From Actinomycetales bacterium (GTDB lineage: Bacteria; Actinomycetota; Actinomycetes; Actinomycetales; CAVURS01), in assembly GCA_045807245.1 (NCBI GenBank), contig JBJMHS010000007.1, positions 1 through 64,000 of the forward strand: DNA of 64,000 nucleotides, given 5' to 3'. A model generated the notes under the pieces. That model had not been told where the DNA came from. It made no database searches and saw only the letters and a program-made list of their open reading frames with translations. Of this stretch, positions 9,040 through 17,800 are shown one piece after another. The stretch's first letter is position 1; each line of letters opens with the position of its first letter. A program made the translations under genes and the position numbers.

Positions 9040-9995
9040 CAGGCCACCGCCTCGAGCAGCCGGTCCCAGTCACCCAGGAATCGGTCGAGGGAGAAGTGCT
9101 TGAGCGCATGGGCCCGGGCTGCGGCTCCCCGCGCGGCCGCCTCGTCCTCGTCGTCCAGCAGACGACGCGCCACCGCCTCGAGGCGGCCGAGGTCGGCGGT
9201 GACCACGCCGGCTTCGGGCGGGACGGCCTCGGGCGCCGCCGTCGCGGCCAGCACGACGACGGGACAGCCAAGGGTCATCGCTTCGATGAGGGACAGCCCG
9301 AGGCTGGTCCAGCGATAGGTGTGCAGGTAGGCCCGGTGACGCGCCAGCTCGACGTGGAGGGCGCACTGCGGCAGGTCGCGATGGTTGCCGCCGGCGAAGG
9401 CGGGATCTACCTCGGGCAGCTCGGGAGCGCCCATTCCGAAGACGTCGACGGGCAGGGTGGAAGCCAGGCGGGCGGCGAGGTCCATCCCGGCCACGCGCCA
9501 CCGGCGTACCGGCTCGTTGACGCTCATCGCGAGGCGGGCCAGCTCACCGGTCCACAGGGACCCCGGGTCGAGGACGCCGTGCTCGATGACGTGAGTGCTC
9601 GCCCGGCCGTTGTCCCACATGGCCGCGTTGAAATGCGTGACGTGAACGATCGGGATGCGGGTCTGGCCGGCCAGGGGGTGCCGCCAGGTCCCGACGTCCC
9701 CGCGCGGCGTGTCGTGCTCGACCCGCAGGGCCGGGACGTCCACGCCGGCCGTAAGGCCGGTCCACTCCCTCAGCAGCACCTCATCCTCTTCCCGTTGCAG
9801 CACAACGACATCGGGGCGATAGTGCACCAGCGCAGCCGGGTCGAGCTCACGCACCGAAGACGGCCAGTTCCAGGTCAGCGCGCGTCCACGGCCGTCCGGT
9901 CCGCGGTCCGGCAGCACCGGCACGACGTAGTCATGCCGGCCCTGGACGAACGCCGTGCTCCAGGAGCCGTGCACATGCCAGAGCAGGATGTTCAC
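9039..9995 (-). CDS. GT-B glycosyltransferase (WHVHGSW family)
   Basis: NILLWHVHGSW, HVTHFN and RWTSLGLSLIEAM; GTGA overlap with the upstream gene. Confidence 0.88.
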   Translation of the reverse strand: MNILLWHVHGSWSTAFVQGRHDYVVPVLPDRGPDGRGRALTWNWPSSVRELDPAALVHYRPDVVVLQREEDEVLLREWTGLTAGVDVPALRVEHDTPRGDVGTWRHPLAGQTRIPIVHVTHFNAAMWDNGRASTHVIEHGVLDPGSLWTGELARLAMSVNEPVRRWRVAGMDLAARLASTLPVDVFGMGAPELPEVDPAFAGGNHRDLPQCALHVELARHRAYLHTYRWTSLGLSLIEAMTLGCPVVVLAATAAPEAVPPEAGVVTADLGRLEAVARRLLDDEDEAAARGAAARAHALKHFSLDRFLGDWDRLLEAVA

Positions 9996-11014
9996 GCCGC
10001 CACCTCCCGCACGAGCCCGGTCACCGCGGCGACAACGGTCGAGACCGGTACGTCGTTGAGGCACGGGTGACCAGGCACCGGGCAGTCCCGGGCGCGGGTA
10101 CCCGCACACGGGGCGTCCTGGTCGCCGAGCAGGACGCTCGGCACGCCCCAGGGAGCCCACGCGGAGGCCGGCACGACCGGGGCGAAGAGGCTGACGACCG
10201 GCGTCCCGACGGCGGCCGCCAGATGGGCCGGGCCGGTGTTGCCCGCGACCAGGCACATCGCGCCGGCGAGGACGGCGGCGAGCTCGGCCAGGGTGGTGTG
10301 ACCCACGAGGTCCAGGACGGAGTCGGCGGGTGCGTGAGCCGGCGCGGGTCGGGAGCGGCCGCCTTCACCGGTGAGGACGACGGCGAAACCCGCGCGGACC
10401 AGCCCGGCCACGATCTCGTCCGTCTTCACCGGAGGGATGCTGCGCGCCGGCACCGAGGCCGCGGGATGGACGACGACGTACGCCGTCCGCAGCCGGGCCA
10501 GCTCGGGCGGCACCTCGGCGTACGGTTGTCTAAGAGCAAGCTTTGGTCCGTCCGGTCCCGGCCACGGGAAGCCCGCCGCCTCCACCAGAGAGAGGTTGCG
10601 CTCCACCTCGTGCGGGCCGCCGGGTGGGTGGCGAACATCGAGCAGCGACCCGGGGTAGTCGTGGCTGGCCGCGACGATGCGGCCGATGCCGGCCTGGCGC
10701 AACAGCAACGCCAACGGGAGTGGGCTCTGGTGGTCGGAGGTGCAGATGACCGCCAGGTCATAGCGATCCCCGCGCAGCCGATCCACGAGTGCCGCGATCG
10801 ACCCTGCGTCCACCGGTGGCGGGCCGAATCCGGTCCAAGGGCAGTCCCACACGACCCTGTCGTCCACGCCGGGCAGGAGGGCCGCGGCCGCGGCACCGGC
10901 CGGCGAGACGAGCAGGGTGATGTGCTCCGACCGCGCTGCGACCGCCTGTACGGCCGGCCCGGTCAACAGGACGTCCCCGGCGCTGTCCAGCCGGGCGAGC
11001 AGGACCCTGGTCAT
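9992..11014 (-). CDS. Glycosyltransferase family 9
   Basis: RLDSAGDVLL, HEVERNL, HPAASVPAR and GNTGPAHLAAAVGTPVVSLF. Confidence 0.92.
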   Translation of the reverse strand: MTRVLLARLDSAGDVLLTGPAVQAVAARSEHITLLVSPAGAAAAALLPGVDDRVVWDCPWTGFGPPPVDAGSIAALVDRLRGDRYDLAVICTSDHQSPLPLALLLRQAGIGRIVAASHDYPGSLLDVRHPPGGPHEVERNLSLVEAAGFPWPGPDGPKLALRQPYAEVPPELARLRTAYVVVHPAASVPARSIPPVKTDEIVAGLVRAGFAVVLTGEGGRSRPAPAHAPADSVLDLVGHTTLAELAAVLAGAMCLVAGNTGPAHLAAAVGTPVVSLFAPVVPASAWAPWGVPSVLLGDQDAPCAGTRARDCPVPGHPCLNDVPVSTVVAAVTGLVREVAA

Positions 11015-12504
11015 CGGGCGTCCAGGATCAGCTCGACGGCCCGCCCGAGGCTCGGGGCCGTCATCGTCGCGCTCCGGACCTCCTCCGGTCGGGTCTGGGC
11101 GTTGGGGACGAGGATTCCGACGGACCCCGCTGCGGTGGCCGCCACCACGTCCGCAGCGATGTCTCCCACCACAACGAGCTCGTCGGGCCGCACACCGAGG
11201 TTGCGGGCCGCTGCCTGAACCAGCCCGGGTTCCGGCTTGCGGCAGGCGCAGCTGTCCTCGGGTGTGTGCGGGCAAACCTGCCAGTCGTCGAACGGCCCCA
11301 GCAGCTCCTCGACCCGGCGGTTGACCGCGTCGACCTGCGCCGCCGTGACCAGCCCGCGGCCGATGGCGGACTGGTTCGTGATCACACCGATGCGCAGGCC
11401 CGCTGACCGCAGACGATCCAAGGCCTCGACGGCTCCGGGCATCGGACGGACGCGGCCGGGGTCACCGTTGTAGCGGACGTCGTGGACCAGCGTGCCGTCC
11501 CGGTCGAACAGCACGGCGAGGGACGAGCGTCCAGTCGGGGACGCCCGGGTGAGCCGGCGGGCCCGCAGCTGACCGACCAGACGGTGCGACACCGCGGCGA
11601 AGGGGATGGCGACGGAGGTCAGGCCCATGGCCGTGACCTCCCGCGGTGTGCCCGGACCGGGCGCGACTCGGCGCCAGAAGAACTCGCCGGTCAGGACGGC
11701 CCAGGCGAGCGCGGCCACTGCGCCGGCCCGACGGTGCCGCAGGGCGAGCCCGGCCACGGCACCGGCCGCGCTGGTGAAGGTCAGGGCATGCAGGGGTAGC
11801 CGACCCGGGGGACCGGCCGCTGCCATGGCCCGCCAGTGCGGCCCGTGCAGGGCACGCATCAGCGCGTCGTCCGCGTTGCCGCGCTGCTGGCGCAGGCTGG
11901 CCAGCAACGGTGCCGGCCGCACCGGGTGCAGAACCATGCGCGTTCCCTGCTCCAGCTGGAAGCCCGCCTGCCGCACGCGGATGGCCAGGTCCGAGTCCTC
12001 GCGGTAGGCCCGCGGGAACCGCTCGTCGAAGCCGCCCACGCTCGTCAACGCCGTACGGCGGTACGCCATCTCGGCCGTGATCCACGCCGCGTCGACCAGG
12101 CCCGCCGTCCCTCGCTCCCAGTCGGTCGGCCGGCGGTCCTCAGGGAGTGGCACTCGCACCACCGCCTTGGTTGCGCCGACGGCCTCTGAGCAGCGGGCCA
12201 GGTCCTCCACGAGCCCGCGCGACCAGGACGGCGGCAGCTGCACGTCGTCGTCGACGAAGACGACCCAGTCCGAGCTGGTCCGGCGCCACCCGACGTTGCG
12301 CGCAGCCGCCGGTCCGGCCGCACGACCGGCGACCACGCGGGCCAGCGGGTGGGCCGACACGTCGAGCACAGCGCCGTCGTCCCGGTCGTCCACCACGACC
12401 ACCTCGGACGGCTGCTCCTCCTGAGCGGCCAAGGAAGCCAGCAGGTCACGCAAGCTCGGCCGGCCGAGGGTCGGCACGACGACACTCCAGGTCTCACCCT
12501 TCAC
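11011..12504 (-). CDS. GT2 glycosyltransferase fused to HAD-IIIA heptose-1,7-bisphosphate phosphatase (GmhB-like)
   Basis: N-terminal VVVPTLGR, FVDDDV and GGFDERF..REDSDL; C-terminal FDRDGTL, TNQS, CPH-x5-CACRKP and GD. Confidence 0.9.
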   Translation of the reverse strand: MKGETWSVVVPTLGRPSLRDLLASLAAQEEQPSEVVVVDDRDDGAVLDVSAHPLARVVAGRAAGPAAARNVGWRRTSSDWVVFVDDDVQLPPSWSRGLVEDLARCSEAVGATKAVVRVPLPEDRRPTDWERGTAGLVDAAWITAEMAYRRTALTSVGGFDERFPRAYREDSDLAIRVRQAGFQLEQGTRMVLHPVRPAPLLASLRQQRGNADDALMRALHGPHWRAMAAAGPPGRLPLHALTFTSAAGAVAGLALRHRRAGAVAALAWAVLTGEFFWRRVAPGPGTPREVTAMGLTSVAIPFAAVSHRLVGQLRARRLTRASPTGRSSLAVLFDRDGTLVHDVRYNGDPGRVRPMPGAVEALDRLRSAGLRIGVITNQSAIGRGLVTAAQVDAVNRRVEELLGPFDDWQVCPHTPEDSCACRKPEPGLVQAAARNLGVRPDELVVVGDIAADVVAATAAGSVGILVPNAQTRPEEVRSATMTAPSLGRAVELILDAR

Positions 12505-14156
12505 GGCTGCGCTCCGCGTGAGGCGTCGACCGGCTGCGGGCGTCGCAGGACGAACGGCCCGATCGCCAGGAGGTCGATCGGCGCGCTTCCGAACAGCTCC
12601 AACGCGTCGTGGGGGGTGTCCACCATGGGACGGCCGGCGGTGTTCAGGCTCGTGTTGACCAGGACGGGCACGCCCGTACGCCGGTCGAACTCGGCCAGCA
12701 GCCTGGCCAGCAAAGGCTGCTCGGCTGCGTCCACCGTCTGCACCCGGGCGGTCCCGTCGACGTGGACGACGGCGGCGATCCGGTCGCGCCAGGCCGGGCG
12801 CACCTGGTGGACGAACAGCATGTACGGGCTCGGGATCTGACCGTCGAAGATCTCAGCCGCCCGCTCCAGCCGCACCAACGGCGCGACCGGCCGGAACTGC
12901 TCGCGGCCCTTGATGTCGTTGAGCAGCTCCAACATCTGGCGACGCCCCGGATGCGCCAGCAGCGAGCGCTGGCCCAGCGCGCGAGGCCCGAACTCACTGC
13001 GTCCCTGGAACCACGCGACGACCCGGTGCTCGGCCAGCTCAGCGGCCACCTCTGCCGCCAGGTCGGCGGGACGCTCGAACGGCACGCGGGCCCGGCGGAG
13101 CTCGGCCTCGATCTCGTCGTCGGTGAAACCACGGCCCAGGGCGGCCGAGCCCATCGGCTCCTCGACCCGGTCATGCGGAACGGCCACGGCCAGCGCCGCA
13201 CCGAGAGACGTCCCCGCGTCACCGGCCGCCGGCTGCACCCAGAGGTCGTCGTACGGGCCATCCCGCCGGATGACTGCGTTCGCGACGCAGTTCAGCGCCG
13301 TACCCCCAGCCATGGTGAGGTGACGTGCGCCGGTCCGGTCGTGCAGCCATCGGGCCAGCTCCAGCAACACCTGCTCGAGCCGGCGCTGGACGGTGGCAGC
13401 AAGGTCCGCATGCGCGTCGGTCAGATTCTCGCCGTCCCCGCGCGGCGCGTACGCCGACCAGTCGACCTTCTGGGTGACGAAGCCGCCGTCATCGGTGGTG
13501 TGGACCAGCTCGACGAAGTCGGCCAGGTGTCGCGGCTGCCCGTACGACGCGAGGGCCATGACCTTGTACTCATCGCTCGAGCGGTGGAAGCCCAGGTGTT
13601 CGGTCAGACCCTCGTACAGCAGGCCCAGCGAGCTCGGCAGCGCCTGGCCGGCCAGCGCGGTGAGCCGTCCCGCGGCGTACTCGCCGGCCAGGTGGGACGT
13701 CCGCTCACCCCGGCCGTCGAGGACCAGGCAGGCGCTGTCGGGGTAGGGCCCGGCGAGAGCGGCCGATGCCGCATGCGCCTCGTGGTGACGGACGAAGCGC
13801 ACCCGGTCCTCGTCCAGCCCGGGCAGGGCGGTGGCCAGGAACGACGGCGCCCGCCGCGCGTAGTCGACCCGGATGCTGTCCCATGGGTCGTCGGCCATCG
13901 CCAGCTGCCCCGGCGGGCACAGTGCGGGGTCGAAGGAGTAGGCCACGGCGTCCAGGTCCTGGGCCCGCAGGCCCGCGTACTTCAGGCACCAGCGGGCCGC
14001 CAGCTCCGGCAGCTCCCACGCGGAGAACGCGACGTTGGGCTTGCCGTGCTTGCGCCGGTTAAAACGCTCCTCCTCCGCGGCGGCCACGATGCGTCCGTCG
14101 ATCACCAACGCGGCAGACGGGTCGTGGAAGATGGCATTGATCCCGAGCACGCGCAC
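12501..14156 (-). CDS. Carbamoyltransferase (NodU/CmcH family)
   Basis: HDPSAAL, AAEEERF, HHEAHAAS, LDGRGE, EYKVMAL, AGDAG, EFGPRALG, REQFRP and NTSLN; AGGAGG RBS before GTG 14156. Confidence 0.95.
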   Translation of the reverse strand: MRVLGINAIFHDPSAALVIDGRIVAAAEEERFNRRKHGKPNVAFSAWELPELAARWCLKYAGLRAQDLDAVAYSFDPALCPPGQLAMADDPWDSIRVDYARRAPSFLATALPGLDEDRVRFVRHHEAHAASAALAGPYPDSACLVLDGRGERTSHLAGEYAAGRLTALAGQALPSSLGLLYEGLTEHLGFHRSSDEYKVMALASYGQPRHLADFVELVHTTDDGGFVTQKVDWSAYAPRGDGENLTDAHADLAATVQRRLEQVLLELARWLHDRTGARHLTMAGGTALNCVANAVIRRDGPYDDLWVQPAAGDAGTSLGAALAVAVPHDRVEEPMGSAALGRGFTDDEIEAELRRARVPFERPADLAAEVAAELAEHRVVAWFQGRSEFGPRALGQRSLLAHPGRRQMLELLNDIKGREQFRPVAPLVRLERAAEIFDGQIPSPYMLFVHQVRPAWRDRIAAVVHVDGTARVQTVDAAEQPLLARLLAEFDRRTGVPVLVNTSLNTAGRPMVDTPHDALELFGSAPIDLLAIGPFVLRRPQPVDASRGAQP

Positions 14157-14211
14157 CGCCTGGCACCTCCTGCCGCATCGACCGCGCCGGATGGCGGGGA
14201 CACAGTCTGAG

Positions 14212-14235
14212 TACCCGGGATCCATCGACTTACAC
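14212..14235 (-). promoter_or_regulatory. SigB/SigF-type promoter of the carbamoyltransferase-heptose operon
   Basis: GTGT-N15-GGGTA, followed by a leader with an AGGAGG RBS. Confidence 0.7.
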
Positions 14236-14273
14236 ACGCCGAGTAGCGCCTCTTCGTCAGGCTCTGCGTCCTG

Positions 14274-14297
14274 GCATGGGAAGCGCTACTGCGGGTA
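14274..14297 (+). promoter_or_regulatory. SigB/SigF-type promoter of GT2 (leaderless)
   Basis: GCAT-N15-GGGTA-N10-ATG(14308). Confidence 0.72.
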
Positions 14298-14307
14298 GTT
14301 GAGAGCC

Positions 14308-15228
14308 ATGGAACCGCCCGCGCTCGAACTGGTTCAGCGCGAGCTCGGGCCACCGCCACTCGTCACCACGGTGGTCATGACGCGCAACCGCCGCACGGAG
14401 GCGATGGAGTGCGTGCGGCGCAACCAGCCGCCGCTGATCCTGGTGGACAACGGCTCCACCGACGGGACGGCCGAGGCCGTACAGCGGTTGGACCGACCCG
14501 ATGTTCAGGTCGTCGCGCTGCCCGCCAACATCGGCGCCGCCGCCCGCAATATCGGTGTCCGCCTGGCCCAGACGCCCCTGGTCGCCTTCGCCGACGACGA
14601 CTCGTGGTGGGAGGCGGATGCCCTGGACCGAGCGGCCGCAGCGTTCGCCGCTCACCCGCGGCTGGGCCTGCTCGCCGCGCGGCTGCTCGTCGGGGCCGAC
14701 CAGGCCACGGATCCGGTCGCCGCGCAGATGGCGGCCGCGCCGCTGGGCCGGCACGCCGACCTGCCCGGCGTCGACATCCTCGGCTTCCTGGCGTGTGCCG
14801 CCGTCGTCCGCCGCGCGGCGTTCCTGGCCACCGGCGGCTTCGACGACGTCGTCTTCTTCCCTGGTGAGGAGGAGCGCGTGGCCCTGGACCTGGCCGCACT
14901 CGGGTGGGGCATGGCGTACGTCGACGAGGTCGTCGCCCACCATCTGCCGTCCCAGCGGCGCGAGTCCGGCTCGGACCGCTCCGGACTGATCGTGCGCAAC
15001 GGGATCCTGACCGCGGTCATGCGTCGTCCGTGGCCCGTCGCGCTGCGCCGGGCGGCGCGGGCGGCTCGGTCGGGACCGGAGGGACAGCGGGCTCTCCTGG
15101 CGGCCGCCCGCCGACTGCCTGCCGCGCTGAGAGCCCGGCGTCGCCTGCCGGCTTCGGTCGAGCGCCAAGCGGCAGCGCTCGAGACCGGCCAACCGCGGCC
15201 CGGGCCGCTGCAGTCAACGGCGCGCTGA
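14308..15228 (+). CDS. Glycosyltransferase family 2
   Basis: VDNGSTDGT, AARNIG, FADDDSWW and GGFD..FFPGEE. Confidence 0.92.
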   Translation: MEPPALELVQRELGPPPLVTTVVMTRNRRTEAMECVRRNQPPLILVDNGSTDGTAEAVQRLDRPDVQVVALPANIGAAARNIGVRLAQTPLVAFADDDSWWEADALDRAAAAFAAHPRLGLLAARLLVGADQATDPVAAQMAAAPLGRHADLPGVDILGFLACAAVVRRAAFLATGGFDDVVFFPGEEERVALDLAALGWGMAYVDEVVAHHLPSQRRESGSDRSGLIVRNGILTAVMRRPWPVALRRAARAARSGPEGQRALLAAARRLPAALRARRRLPASVERQAAALETGQPRPGPLQSTAR

Positions 15229-15444
15229 GCTGCCCTCCGGGCGGAGCCGACGCAACGAGACCTCACGCGTGGGATGGCGCTGGAGGTACTCGTGCTCGAG
15301 CTCGTTGATGCGCCGGTCGGAGTTCTCCAAGGCGGCGTCCGACCCGTGCCGCAGAGTGTCCAGCCGGGCCTCGTAGAGATGTCTCAGCTCATGCAGCAGG
15401 TCGTCCAGAGGGAGGTCGGACGTGGGATGGGTGTCGTCTGCCAT
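15214..15444 (-). CDS. Small conserved actinobacterial protein (DUF6158-like)
   Basis: DLLHELRHLYEARLDTLRHGSDAAL...ELEHEYLQRHP; has its own GGGTA promoter. Confidence 0.75.
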   Translation of the reverse strand: MADDTHPTSDLPLDDLLHELRHLYEARLDTLRHGSDAALENSDRRINELEHEYLQRHPTREVSLRRLRPEGSSARR

Positions 15445-15454
15445 CTGCGGTGAT

Positions 15455-15478
15455 TACCCAGCGGTGGTGCGGCCAAGC
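15455..15478 (-). promoter_or_regulatory. SigB/SigF-type promoter of DUF6158-like gene (leaderless)
   Basis: GCTT-N15-GGGTA-N10-ATG. Confidence 0.75.
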
Positions 15479-15506
15479 GCCTTGGCTTGCCCGAGTCATC
15501 CCAAGC

Positions 15507-16346
15507 TCAGAGAACCGGGCGGCCTCCGGTCACCGGCACTCGGGCTCCAGAGATGTAGCTCCCGTCGTCGGAGGCCAGCAACACATAGACCGGAGCCAGC
15601 TCGGCCGGCTGCCCGGCGCGACCGAGCGGCGTGTTGCTGCCGAACTGCTCGACCTTCTCCGGGGGCATCGTCGACGGGATCAGCGGAGTCCAGATCGGCC
15701 CGGGGGCAACGCTGTTCACCCTGATGCCTTTCCCTCCCAGCAGCTGGGCCAGGCTCGCGGTGAAGTTCGCGATGGCCGCCTTCGTCGCGGCGTACGGCGC
15801 CAGCGTCGGGGACGGCATGTCCGAGTTCACGGAGGAGCTCCCGATGATCGACGACCCGGGGCCCATGTGCGGCAACGCCGCCTTGCAGAGATAGAACATT
15901 GCGGACAGGTTGGTCGCGATGGTGTGTTCCCACTCCGCGTCTGAGATCTCCTCCAGCGTCTCGTGAGTCATCTGGTACGCCGCGTTGCTCACCAGGATGT
16001 CGACCTTGCCCAGGTTGTCCACGGCCGTCGTCACGAGCTCGCGGCAGTGGTCGGCCTTGGAGATGTCCCCCGGCACCAGCACGCAACGCCGCCCCGCCTT
16101 CTCCACCCACGTCGCCGTGTCCTCGGCATCCGAGTGCTCGTCGAGGTAGCCGATGACCACGTCGGCGCCCTCCCGGGCGAAGGCGATCGCCACGGCCCGC
16201 CCGATCCCGCTGTCGCCGCCGGTGATGATGGCCGCCTTGCCTTCCAGCCGTCCGGTGCCGACGTAGCTGTCTTCACCGCAGTCCGGCACGGGGGTCATGG
16301 CGGACTGGATGCCCGGCACATCCTGCTGCTGGGCCGGTTGGTTCAT
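15507..16346 (-). CDS. General-stress SDR oxidoreductase (YghA/YdaD-like)
   Basis: PDCGEDSYVGTGRL, TGGDSGIGRA, YAATK and VAPGPIWTPL; AGGAGG RBS. Confidence 0.92.
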   Translation of the reverse strand: MNQPAQQQDVPGIQSAMTPVPDCGEDSYVGTGRLEGKAAIITGGDSGIGRAVAIAFAREGADVVIGYLDEHSDAEDTATWVEKAGRRCVLVPGDISKADHCRELVTTAVDNLGKVDILVSNAAYQMTHETLEEISDAEWEHTIATNLSAMFYLCKAALPHMGPGSSIIGSSSVNSDMPSPTLAPYAATKAAIANFTASLAQLLGGKGIRVNSVAPGPIWTPLIPSTMPPEKVEQFGSNTPLGRAGQPAELAPVYVLLASDDGSYISGARVPVTGGRPVL

Positions 16347-16444
16347 GTGCGCTTCCTCCTGCCGGCCGTTGATCGCGTCGCGGGCCACGTCGGCGCCGAT
16401 GCGAACGGGCCGACCACCTGAAACCCCCTCTGCTGGAGGAACTC

Positions 16445-17665
16445 TCACTGTGCCGCGCGGCTCTGGACCCGGCAACTCCGGATCCGCACCTCTCGAAGAT
16501 CGGGTGGCATCCGCCGCGCTGTCCGGAGATCGCCGCCCCCGAGGGTCCACGGCACGGCGGACAAGCGTCGGGCGGCATTCTTGACCAGCTCGACCGCCAA
16601 CCGCTCGCCCGGGCAGCGGTGCCCGGTGCGCGCATCCCCGCCGCCCTGGGCCAGGAGCTCGAAGGCGCCAGGTTCGCGGCCGCGGAAGCGATTCACGTCG
16701 AACTCGTCCGGCCGCGGCCAGGCCGCCGGGTCGCGACTGCTGCCAACGACGTCCAGCACGACGAGCTGCCCTCGTCGTACGGACTGGCCCATCCAGGTGA
16801 AGTCACGGGTCGCGACGGCCGCGAGCAGAGGGACGAACGGATAGAGCCGGCGCACCTCGTGAGCGAACGCCTCGACGACGCCCGGCTCGTCGGCGGCGAT
16901 GCGTTCGCGCAGTGCCGAGTCAGCCGACAGAGCCAGGACGCTGTAGGTCACCAGCCACGAGACCGCCACGGTCGGCCTGAGCAGGTTGTGCACCTCGACC
17001 GCGGCCACGTCCAGGTCGAGCAACGAGCCATCGGGACCGCGATGCGCGGCGACCGTCCGCAGCACGTGAGACGCCGTCTCCGGCCGGCGCCGAGCTCGCT
17101 CGACGGCCGCCCGGATCCACTTCTGCGAGCGGTATCGCGCCGCGGCGCTGCGGGCCCAGCGTCGCCCGAACGAGCCGAAGCCGTCGACGACCCGGAACAG
17201 CTCACCGGACCGGACGATGACGTCCTCGGGTGTGGAGTCGATGCCAACCCACTCCAGGGCCGCGCCGCCGAGCACCACGCAGGCCGCCGCCTGGACCGCC
17301 AACGAGTCCTGCTCCGGCCAGGCGTCGAGCATCCGGGACCATCGCCGGTCCGCCGAGGCGACCACGAGGTCGACGGCCGGCTGGTCCAGCAGTGCGGTGA
17401 AAAGTGACTTGCGCAGGGCGTGCTCCGCGCCGTCCAGGCCGTGCACAGCCCCCTTCCCGAACAGTGCCCACGTGGTCGGCGCCGGGATCGCGCCTCGCCG
17501 GCGCATCCGGTCGGCGTCATAGAACAGCCGGGCGCCATCTTCGCCTCCGACGACCAGCGCCCGGTGCCCGGCGAGGCGGGTCAGGTAGGCGGGAGACCCA
17601 GGCGCGCGACGGCTGCGGGTGAAGGCATAGCCCTCCCGCAGCAGGGCCAGCGACTCGTCTCGCAT
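16445..17665 (-). CDS. Cytochrome P450, CYP152 fatty-acid peroxygenase type
   Basis: NLLRPTVAV (I-helix Arg-Pro), EVRRLYPFVP and QGGGD..GHRCPGE heme motif. Confidence 0.9.
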   Translation of the reverse strand: MRDESLALLREGYAFTRSRRAPGSPAYLTRLAGHRALVVGGEDGARLFYDADRMRRRGAIPAPTTWALFGKGAVHGLDGAEHALRKSLFTALLDQPAVDLVVASADRRWSRMLDAWPEQDSLAVQAAACVVLGGAALEWVGIDSTPEDVIVRSGELFRVVDGFGSFGRRWARSAAARYRSQKWIRAAVERARRRPETASHVLRTVAAHRGPDGSLLDLDVAAVEVHNLLRPTVAVSWLVTYSVLALSADSALRERIAADEPGVVEAFAHEVRRLYPFVPLLAAVATRDFTWMGQSVRRGQLVVLDVVGSSRDPAAWPRPDEFDVNRFRGREPGAFELLAQGGGDARTGHRCPGERLAVELVKNAARRLSAVPWTLGGGDLRTARRMPPDLREVRIRSCRVQSRAAQ

Positions 17666-17800
17666 CGTTCAAGCGTGGCCCTTGCGCCGGTACGCCGCCC
17701 GTCGGTGCTGGGGTTCCACGAGCGCGAGCGCGTCCTCCTCCGATGGCCGGAGCCTTCCTCGCGTTCTACGATCACTGAGCCTCGGACACGAGGAGGGCCT

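Noticed and set aside
4759..14156. Heptose operon as LPS core biosynthesis or contamination from a Gram-negative
   Set aside because: No lipid A or Kdo genes; codon style, promoters and neighbours are actinobacterial.
12609..14210. 533-aa plus-strand ORF
   Set aside because: Antisense shadow of the carbamoyltransferase.
17420..17800. Extra N-terminal domain on LigD
   Set aside because: It overlaps the divergent P450; the RBS precedes ATG 17801.
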